A DNA stretch of 58,797 bases, counting the filler, from Basidiobolus ranarum (taxonomy: Eukaryota), in NCBI GenBank assembly GCA_040143965.1. It is 8 parts of 8 records of this genome, joined end to end, with 100 filler letters (N's around TTAATTAATTAA, not from the genome) between each part and the next. Parts side by side here need not be neighbours in the genome. Positions count along the whole stretch, not along the records: positions 36,837 to 44,090 come from JASJQH010008028.1; positions 44,191 to 51,444 come from JASJQH010008029.1; 6 more parts are not named here. One strand, 5' to 3'. A program made the translations under genes and the position numbers. A model generated the notes under the pieces. The model saw only the letters and a list, made by a program, of their open reading frames with translations, did no database searches and had not been told where the DNA came from. This document shows positions 38,319 to 47,812 of this stretch, piece by piece (position 1 is the first letter of the stretch; each line of letters begins with the position of its first letter).

Positions 38319-40894
38319 TTATGTTGACATAGATGCTAAACTACTGCTCGGATTATTTTCTTTTTTGACCATCACATCCACCTCTTTGCCAAAATCGAAC
38401 ACCTCAAACCACGTAGCACTCCTTCTCTGTACAGCAGCTACACATCGTCTTTCGTCGAATTGTACTTGCCAGACATGTTGCAATCCTACTAGCAAGTCCC
38501 GTACAAACTTCCCTGTTTTGATGTCCCACATCTTCAAGTTTGTTTCAGAGCCAGAGATGACCTTTTGATCATCGTGCTGAAAGCAAGTGATAGCACCGGT
38601 GTGTGTAGATAATACATTTCGACACGTACCAGTATCTGGATCCCAGACACGCAGTGTTGCATCGGCTGCAGCAGAAACCAGATGATTAGGTGTCAGACTA
38701 AGTAAACCTACTAGCGATGAATGGCCTACATAGGAATATATTTGATTAGCATTCGAACTAATGAGGTCAAAGCACACTATGGCTTACCTTCCAATGCGTA
38801 GATACATGTTCCATGTTCGAGACTCCAAATACGAACCGAGCAATCCATACTACCAGATATGCACCGGTTTCTATCCTTGTCAATAACCACACTGTATACC
38901 TTTTGCGTATGTCCCTCCAGCCTCCATTTACACTCTCCATTCATGACATTCCACACTCTAACTGTGCAATCGTAACTGCCACTCACTACGGTGTTTCCAT
39001 ATGCAGCGATGGCTCGGACGGAGTGTGCATGTCCCATCAAAGAACGCAAATAGAAAGGGTTCGGAGTGGTTTGTGCCTCACTAGACTCGTTACTTTCTGA
39101 AGGATATCTCGGATCATCGGAGGAAGGAAGTCTCCACACTCTTAAAGTAGAGTCGCGAGAACCAGTCACAATAATAGGATAGGGTGGCTCCATGATAGGT
39201 TCGCCCTCTTGGTCAGGGTTCACATTGGTAGGAATAAGGATTTGTAAGCATCGGACGGTGGACGAGTGTCCGCGAAAGGTGTGTGTGTTGATCCCTCGTT
39301 CAATATCCCAAATACGAACAGTACGATCAGTCGAGCCAGTCACCAATGTATTCCCATAGTATTGTAAGGCCCACACGCCACCATTATGGGCTTGCAGTTT
39401 CTTCCTTAAGCTACCCGTTTTCGTGTCATATATATGAATATCAAAGTCCTCAGTCCCGGAAACAATCTTGTCTGAATCAAATTGTAGACAGGTGACGACA
39501 CATTCACTATGTCCTTCAAATGAGATACTAGAGCATCGACCGCGCATCCAATTTCGGCGAATGATATGATGTCGTCGATACAAGTATTTATAGGTATGTT
39601 TGGCAACAACCTCCAAGCAATCACGGGGATCTGATGGGGCAGTGAGACCGGGGATAATCACTTCAAAATCATCTTCTGTATCACTTGCAACCAAGCCTCT
39701 AGATTCACCTGCTGCAAACTCATCTTCTCGTAATCTAGATTGGCCATCACTAATTCTTCTATTCTCGGATGCTATGGAAGGTGGATTCCTCAGAGGGTTC
39801 ATGCGCTTCTGCTTTTTTTCAAATGAATTCAAGACCATCATGTCTTCTTCGGTGAATTTGAATCCAGCAAGATTGAATAAACTTTTCCATATATTTACAT
39901 CAGAATCAACCAGCTTTCTCCAGCATTTACTTACTCTAGCTGAGCGACAGATACTTTGAATGTCCAAATATCTTACAATTTTTAGTCCAAGTTCATATGG
40001 CAATTTACCTAGAAAATCTATCTTTAAGTTGGGCAGTATGGTAGAAGCGATGAACTGAAGTGTTCCAGCATTGGATCTCTTGAGCATTTGAAAAAGCATA
40101 GCTTGTTGTATTTCAGCCGGCAAAGAATCAAATCGACTCAGTAGGCCAGGTAGATTTGGAAATGAGGTAGGTATCTTCGAAGAAGGTCCCACGAGTTCCT
40201 GATCCATCTCTTCTGTGTCCTTTCTATCCGTATCTTCTAGATCGAGTGGATTTTCTATCAATATTGGAGAAGAAGGAGAGCGGCAAGGTGAAGGCAAAGA
40301 AGCAGAATCTTCTCTAATTATCGGAATGCTTTCTGAAGTTCGTTCAAAATGAGCAAGAGATTGTGGAATAATTTGTGGGGAGATTTCGGGATTGGAACTT
40401 TGTGAAAATCGGGTTCGTTTGTATGGTGTTGGGGTAATATTTTCAGCTACTACTTCGGAATCGTCAGGAGAATCGGTGTTTCTTTTTAGTTTTGGAGGTG
40501 TTAAGGAGGTAAGAGTGGAAAGTACCTATATATGATAATACTATAAGATCAGTTTGTTAAAAAAGCACCAATTTTGAAAGATTACCTTGACGATATTCAA
40601 GTTGTGTGAAGAGGATATTTCATTATTATTTTCCAAACTACCAATCTTTAAAGCAGTTGGTGTGGGGAAATTTATGAGCGGATACTCTGTAGACGACCAC
40701 GGTAGCTTTGGAGAACCCGGAGGGTGCTTTAGCTTGCTGATATTAGTTTCCGTTGTAGTAGTAGTAGTAGTGTGGGTGGTAATGATAGGTGCAACTCTAT
40801 CTGAGAGTAAGAAGGGAGAGCGAGATATGGTTGAGGAATTGACGCTTGCTTCAGTTGGATTCTGTGATTCCGAAGGAGGATTTGAGTCATTCAT
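38319..40894 (-). CDS. CDC4: SCF F-box/WD40 substrate receptor, Cdc4/Fbw7 family
   Basis: Exons 40894-40586, 40525-38788 and 38725-38319. F-box (DFLGKLPYELGLKIVRYLD) and WD40 repeats with Cdc4-type segments VVTCLQFD, GGVWAL, GHSSTVRCL, IVTGSRDSTLRVW, GHSSLVGLL and GAITCFQHD. Confidence 0.9.
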
Positions 40895-41816
40895 GATCTA
40901 AGTTGTTTAGGTAGTAATTATTTAATAAGCAAGTGGCGTTGAAAAGAGTGAAGCGAAGGTTCTGTAATCACACAACAAAAGAAGGATTTTCTTAAATCTA
41001 TATGATGTATCTGATGAGCCCAAAAAAGTGACTTTTGGTGCAAATCATTAAATGAGTTAAATCAAAAAAGACTAGTAAATGGCGAAACATTGATATGATC
41101 ATGTGATTACTGTGTAGAAGTCAACATATCAAACCCTTAAAACAAATGATTTAATAACCATAACTACTCTCGCCACTCACCACAGTTATCACCGCTACTC
41201 CCACTACTACTCCAACTACAGCATCACATAATAGAGTCCTAAAGCACCGACAGATCTTTGATTAGTAAGTAGAAAATGTCTCACTCAACACAATGAGATC
41301 ACCTATGAGCATTCAGTTGAGTATTATATATCCAAGTTCACTGATGTGACTTAATATATGCTTGGCAAACAATCAGAAGTGCATACAGAATACCATAATA
41401 TAACACTACCGGAATTGTTGCTTTTTTCCGATTTACCCGAATCTTGATACTGAATTGAATTACATAATAAATCAATATATCAGTATGAGTATATATCGAA
41501 TGAATGGAATGTTCAGCGATCTTTGCTTTTCATTCGTCTTAGATTATATTGATTATTTGCTGTACTAGTACGAACGACTCGATTGATTTTCTATATGATT
41601 TGTTAATCCAAGCTCTTTACCTACTCACTCTCCCCTTATTACACGCATTCCAACACCAAAGACAACTCTATATCACCTTTAACTAACTAGCTAGCTTTTG
41701 TTTTTACTATACGCTTTTATTTCTGTCGCTTTTCCGTCGTAATTGTATAACTGTTTGTATAATAGTAACTCAGGGTTTTGCACTTTATCACACTCTTCCA
41801 ATTGAAGACATTCCAG

Positions 41817-43565
41817 ATGGCACACTTATTAAACACTGAAGCTGGTCCCGATTTGGACGAAGGCTATGATGAACAAAAGGTAGAGATTCCAGAATGGATG
41901 GATCTCTGGACCGATGAACAAAAGTCAGGTTGGCATTTATTTCACAATACTATATTTTCTGTTCAATATATTAACTTTTCGATGTCTTTTAAAGAGTTTG
42001 CCTACCAATTACTTTTATCAGTAAATCCACAATCTGTAGAAGGAGTCCTCTCTCGTCTAAATCCTTTATTGTACAAAGATTTCATCACACATTTACCTCA
42101 CGAGCTGGCTCTTCATATACTTAGCTATACAAATATCTCAACCTTAGGAAGAGTATCATCGGTATGTAAAAATTGGCAGCGAACGATAGACGACTCAGGC
42201 TTATGGAAAAAGATGTACTTCAATCAAGGTTGGGAGGTAAAAGAAACTGAGCTAAATAATATCGTAAGAGCCATTGAAGAAGACAGTATGAATGAATCCC
42301 AATATTCCGAATTGAGTGAGCAAAGCAATGAGTACGAAGAGGAAGATACAGAGCCCTTAGTTTCTCCATCTCAGATTGGTTTATCACCTGTCCACGTGAA
42401 TACCATTACTCGGCGTATTCCAGAGCTTTCTCTGAATGATGGATTTATACTGGTTCGTGCTCCTCAAGCACACCGTGAAAGGGTCTCGCACGACTCAAAT
42501 TCCAGCTCCTCGCGTCTTGGTTTAAACTCAAAAACAAGACGCCTGCACATCTCTCCTGCTTCTCCCAATCGAAAGACAAAAGGTCGAATACAAGGGGATC
42601 CTGTTTTTCTATACACGGAAGAAAACAAAGTCACAATCAACTGGAAATATCTGACCCAGCAACGAGCCAAGTTGAAGCATAATTGGGCTCATGTACACTA
42701 CCAGCTCAGACGATTGCCTGGTCATGCTGAAGGGATTTACTGTATCCAATTTGATGAAGCGAAGATAGTTTCGGGCTCCAGAGATCATACGATAAAGATT
42801 TGGGACATTCATAGTGGGTGCTGTATCTCTACTTTTCGTGGACATACGGCGTCTGTATTATGTTTGCAATATGACGATGAAATCATCGTGTCTGGCTCTA
42901 GCGATTCCAGTGTTATTGTTTGGGATGTCACATCAGGTGAAATTATTCGTGTTTTGACTGGTCACACCGAGCCGGTTCTAAACCTGAGCTTTGACAAGAA
43001 ACACATTGTCACTTGCTCCAAAGATCGATCTATTCGCGTTTGGGATCGTGCAACTGGTGCTCTATTACGTACCTTAACTGGACACAGAATAGCTGTGAAT
43101 GCTGTCCAGTTCAAAGATGGAATCATCGTTTCTGCTTCTGGCGACCGAACAATAATGATGTGGGATCTGGAGACTGGGATGTGTCTGAAGACACTTGTTG
43201 GCCACACACGAGGCATTGCGTGCGTACAATATGACGGAAAGGTGATTATATCCGGATCCAAGGATAGAACAATCAAAATATGGGATGCAATTACGGGTGA
43301 GTGCATTAGAACCTTAACTGGTCACACAGAGCTGGTCAGAACCCTACAATTTAACGACAAGGTGATTCTTTCCGGCTCTTACGATCGAACCATTAAAATA
43401 TGGGACCGCCAAACCGGAGAGCTGTTGGGTGATCTCAAGGATGGCCATGCCTGCCGAGTTTTTAAAGCCCAGTTTGATTACACTAAAGTCGTGTCGTGTT
43501 CTCAGGACCATCACGTACTGGTGTGGGATTTCGCCCATGATGTGGATGTCACTTATTTAGCTTAG
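41817..43565 (+). CDS. SCF F-box/WD40 protein, beta-TrCP/FWD-1-like
   Basis: Dimerisation-domain-like N-terminus (WTDEQKSEFAYQLL after removing intron 41929-41994), F-box DFITHLPHELALHILSY, seven WD40 repeats (IYCIQFDEAKIVSGSRDHTIKIWD, GHTRGIACVQY, GHTELVRTLQF, VVSCSQDHHVLVWDF). Confidence 0.88.
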   Translation: MAHLLNTEAGPDLDEGYDEQKVEIPEWMDLWTDEQKSGWHLFHNTIFSVQYINFSMSFKEFAYQLLLSVNPQSVEGVLSRLNPLLYKDFITHLPHELALHILSYTNISTLGRVSSVCKNWQRTIDDSGLWKKMYFNQGWEVKETELNNIVRAIEEDSMNESQYSELSEQSNEYEEEDTEPLVSPSQIGLSPVHVNTITRRIPELSLNDGFILVRAPQAHRERVSHDSNSSSSRLGLNSKTRRLHISPASPNRKTKGRIQGDPVFLYTEENKVTINWKYLTQQRAKLKHNWAHVHYQLRRLPGHAEGIYCIQFDEAKIVSGSRDHTIKIWDIHSGCCISTFRGHTASVLCLQYDDEIIVSGSSDSSVIVWDVTSGEIIRVLTGHTEPVLNLSFDKKHIVTCSKDRSIRVWDRATGALLRTLTGHRIAVNAVQFKDGIIVSASGDRTIMMWDLETGMCLKTLVGHTRGIACVQYDGKVIISGSKDRTIKIWDAITGECIRTLTGHTELVRTLQFNDKVILSGSYDRTIKIWDRQTGELLGDLKDGHACRVFKAQFDYTKVVSCSQDHHVLVWDFAHDVDVTYLA

Positions 43566-43866
43566 TTGGATTTAGTCATTTTTATTGCACCATTCATTTC
43601 TTCTAATCTATCATCTCCTTTTTGAAACCATGAGAGCTGTGCAATTTTCTTCTTGAAATACACACCATCCAATCAGTACTAATAATCTGAATAACATTTC
43701 TTTTTCATTCAATGTGCCGATTTTTACTTGGAGCGCTGCTCTACTTCACAGTATCTTCAAGTGGTATTGAAGAGTAAACTTAATTTTATTGATCTCTTGT
43801 ATAAATAAGGTTTGCCATTGTATCCTTTTTTCGACATAATAAAAGTATTCAACTCAGTTTGATGTC

Positions 43867-44090
43867 ATTAAGATTCGTGATATGGGGTTTTCCCTACATT
43901 GCTATAGGGTTGGGCCTCAGGATATTCAGGTTGAGGATGCCCTTCTGGCTTGTACTCTTCATCAGTCTTCGTGTGCGTGTTTTCACCTTTGTACTCGTCT
44001 GTAGGCTTGTCATCTCCCTTTGGCTTGTACTCCTCCTTACTCTTCTCGTTAGGCGCGTAGTCATCGGGCTGGCTTGGCTGATTTGGTTGC
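43867..44090 (-). CDS. C-terminal fragment of a low-complexity Pro/Glu/Lys/Tyr-rich protein
   Basis: Open minus frame from the contig edge: QPNQPSQPDDYAPNEKSKEEYKPKGDDKPTDEYKGE...EEYKPEGHPQPEYPEAQPYSNVGKTPYHES*, with repeated EYKP/EYKG units. Confidence 0.55.
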
Positions 44091-44190
44091 NNNNNNNNNN
44101 NNNNNNNNNNNNNNNNNNNNNNNNNNNNNNNNNNTTAATTAATTAANNNNNNNNNNNNNNNNNNNNNNNNNNNNNNNNNNNNNNNNNNNN
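44091..44190. other. Artificial contig linker
   Basis: N-TTAATTAATTAA-N spacer. Confidence 0.99.
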
Positions 44191-45041
44191 TTGTTGACCT
44201 GCCCTATTTTTACTTATAAACAAAAAAACAAATGAATATTTTGGTTGGTACAAGTACTTACATAAAAAGTAAAATCTATGAAGTCTTTTTCAATTGAGTA
44301 ATTTTGCTCCAGTAAGAAATCAATCAACTTCATTACACTGCATGCAATTCCAGCTAAGTGTATAACTATATTTTTTATAGAAATAATGCGTCAATAAGAA
44401 TCAAATCATATTGTGCCAAATCTCCAATAAATTGTAATTAATAGTGGTATGTGGCATAGTCACTAATGTATAGTAGTGCAGAAATGTATCATTAAAAGTC
44501 ATACTGACTTTCCACACTGGCAAAATATTTTCCCAGCTCTAGAAGTATAGTTCTTACAATATTGTATATATGACACCAGATCATTCGAGAGGAAAAAATT
44601 ATTCCTAACAAACAATTGCATAATAAAGTGGTCTAGAAGCGAGCAGGATAAGAACTTTTCTATGGGCTCAAAAGTTGTTGACTGGTTCAGTTAATTTGAC
44701 AAGACTATACAATTGCCACCAAATATAAAGGCACCATTTCTAAAGCCTCTGTGACCAAGTACTATCTGATATATAAGCAGATTTGTAGATCATTGTCCTA
44801 GGCTTACAGACTAAAATCTAAGTAGGACTATCACGACGAATTGAGAGGAATATAATTTAGTACTTTAGCAGATTGGGCTATCCTTGCAAGGGGTATTCAA
44901 AGGTACAAATGGTAAAAAGGTATAAATGGTAGAAAGGTATAAATGGTAGATTTGTGGATAACGTATCACTTGGCGAAATAGGGGTATCTGAAAAGCCCAA
45001 TACTATTATGTTTCTCCAACATGTTCGGCATTAAACTGAAT

Positions 45042-47162
45042 CTAGTCGACGATCTTAGTAAATAAAATGGACAAATTTTTTGGCTTGAATATCATCTCAG
45101 CTTCGAATTGCAGCTCGGTATCTGATTTAAGGAAGGATAAATTATATCTGCGAACTAAAAAACTATTAGAATGGAGCTGTATCTAGAGCAGAAATATACT
45201 AGTTAAACCTATCATAGCCAAATCAATCTTCAACTCAGTCATTGCGAACCCTTTGCCGATACCTTGATGGAATTTTCAACAACATCAGTTTAGGTCAGTG
45301 AAAATAACCTCGTCAATACTACTTACATATACGTGAACCATCCGCAAATGGACCCCAGGCAGAAGGGTTCAGTATGTTGCCGTCTTCGGAGATCCATCTT
45401 TGCGGTTGGAACATGTTTGGCGAATCCCAATACTCTTCGCTGCGGTGCATTGCATACATGTTCATATTGATGAGAGTGTCTTTGGGGATTGGTATGTTTC
45501 CTATGTATGTATCTTCTGCTGTGGTATGAGTAAGCAGCAGCGGGGTAGGTGGATAAAAACGCATGGTTTCCTTGATAACTGCCTCTAGGTAGCACAATGC
45601 TGAAAAAGTGGAGTGAACAAAACATCATTCTTACATATAGCTGAATTTACCTACATTTGATCTGAGAAGAGGTAGGAGCTTCCATTGTGGAAGTATGACC
45701 CTCAAATACACCGCTTATTTCCTCCCTTACTTTGGCCTGAATGTCTGGATGACGAGCTAGAAAGTAGATTGCACACGAGAGGGTACTTGCAGTGGTGTCT
45801 ATAAATACTCATTTAGTAAGTTGCACTGTTGGATTGTTATGGAGAATTATACCATGCCCCGCAATGATTAAAATTATCATCTCGTTCTACATGCAAGTTA
45901 TTAATTTCAGTTGCTGCATGTATAATGAGCCCAGATACTCACCACTACCTCCTCCAGCTCGAGACGTTTATCCAGCCACGACTTTGCCAGAACAGTTAGT
46001 AGATCGGAAGATATACTTTCCTGCCCAGGGGGCAACTTCTTTATTTCTTCGGCTCTGGCAATTGCAAGGTTACCCAATAATGTCCGAAATTCCTTCACCG
46101 CCATGTGGCCCTTTGCTCTGCTAGCTGATGGGAGTTTTTCAAGAATTGGAATGGCAATATATATCACGTTTAGGGCTGCCTTTACCGCATGAAAGTATGT
46201 GGAGATATGCTCGCCCTCTGGCTTACGAATGGCCTATTCATTACATGCAAATGAGTAAGAGTTCACTCAGGGGATTCTTAAAGTTACCTCAAAGTCAAAG
46301 CCAAACAAAACATTTCCGAGTGTATCCAGCGTCATTCTACGGGGTAGGAGGTTAGTTATCAGACCGAAAACTCACTATCGAAATGTTCTTACAATTCCAT
46401 AATGTGATACAAATCAGGCATGACCTCGACTGAATCGATATAGTTGAAGAAATCAAACACTGCTGTACAAAACTTCGCCGGTTCCCACCCAAGTCGAAAT
46501 TGCTGATTGATGATATCTCGGCGAAGTTTCCAATCCTGTTCATATGCGTAAGTTACCATCCTAGAGGACGCTCGTAAGATCAACTAACCTTGCCGTTACT
46601 ATTATATGATTAGTATTAGGATCTAGCAATATGCAAATAGATATGTTACCAGAAAACAATATTATTTCCCAGTAATTTGGTGATGAGAGCATTTGGATTT
46701 GTTGATATTGCCTCCTTAGGGAAGGTTTCTACAAGGAAGCTCAAATATCAAGTCGGATTGCCATCAAATGCATGAACTCTTACTTGTATTAGCCAGAACG
46801 GACTTGAAAAGCTCTGCATTGGAAATCTGATCAATGTGTTAGCCTTTAGGAGTAGTAGTCACTCGTAGAGAATTCCTATACCATCACTCCGGATCGTCCT
46901 TTGATACATGTCTGTTTTTGCAGATGCGTTAGTCTTAGATCAAGATGACTATTTGCGGCTCTACCTTTGCAATTCCTTCTTTGGGCATGGATTTCAAGTA
47001 GCATTTGTCTAGTACCTTTACTAGGTCTGTTCCAGTAAGCAGTAGGAAGGCAGCATACAAATCAGGCGTGGATGATAATCTTCTAAACTCCTTTGGCTCC
47101 TTTTGTTTATACCAGAGGAGGAGCCCCCCAAGAGCGACCAAGATCAATGAAAGAAACAACAT
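45042..47162 (-). CDS. Cytochrome P450 monooxygenase, 13 exons, apparently intact
   Basis: Manual GT-AG splicing gives an N-terminal membrane anchor, I-helix AGHDTT, ExxR (ETMR), PERF-like PQRW and heme motif FADGSRICIG, ending ...LFTKIVD* at 45042. Confidence 0.93.
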
Positions 47163-47812
47163 GTTTGACTAATTTCGTTGTCGCATTAACATGCTTTTTA
47201 TAGGTCTGGGTATGGATTCATCATCCAGCCTATGGTACGTGTCTGCAACGCATACCCCTGGTTATGTTTGCTTCCAATCAGGAGTGTCTTTGGAAACCCT
47301 GTCGGGAATGACCCAAATATAAAATACCTCCCCCTCACACGCGGCGGGGGGAAGTGCAATAGAATCGAGCCCCGCCAGGAAAGCGAAACGCATGGTTTCC
47401 ATGGCCTTGGCTAGGGGGCACGGTCCTTTTGGATTAGCCGGGGAGGGGGCTTTCCCATGCCTATTGGGTACTCTTCCCGACTTATTACGGGGGGAGGGGC
47501 CCCAAACAACCACCCCCTGATTCCTGCTGGGAGCCCGCCCCCAAGGTGGAGAGGGGAAGGGCCAAAGGGATCGGAAAGGGGCCACAGAATACTTCGCATA
47601 TTTCCTGGGGCAAATCTGTTTCGTATGGGACAATTGCTAGTCTTTTGCCTGCCAATCTTTACGAGAGTGTATTAAGTATGGTTATATCTCACAGCAGTGA
47701 ATGCCTTTATTTTTTATCTGCATGCGAACCATGTGGTGGCTTAAGAGTTTAAATTCTATAGCAACTAGCCATTACTTTTGTATCTTTTCTCAATACTCTT
47801 AAGATGATCGAG

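Noticed and set aside
42464-43538. Antisense ORFs over the WD40 gene, and similar shadow ORFs over ProRS, CDC4, the cyclase-like gene and the trypsin
   Set aside because: Shadow frames of well-supported coding sequence on the opposite strand.
44907-44950. Short 17-bp tandem repeat (AAATGGTAGAAAGGTAT) downstream of the P450
   Set aside because: Only 2-3 copies; an ordinary slippage repeat.
47262-47675. Overlapping ORFs in the GC-rich island as real genes
   Set aside because: Pro/Gly-rich ORFs on both strands are expected from high GC; no motifs are recognisable.
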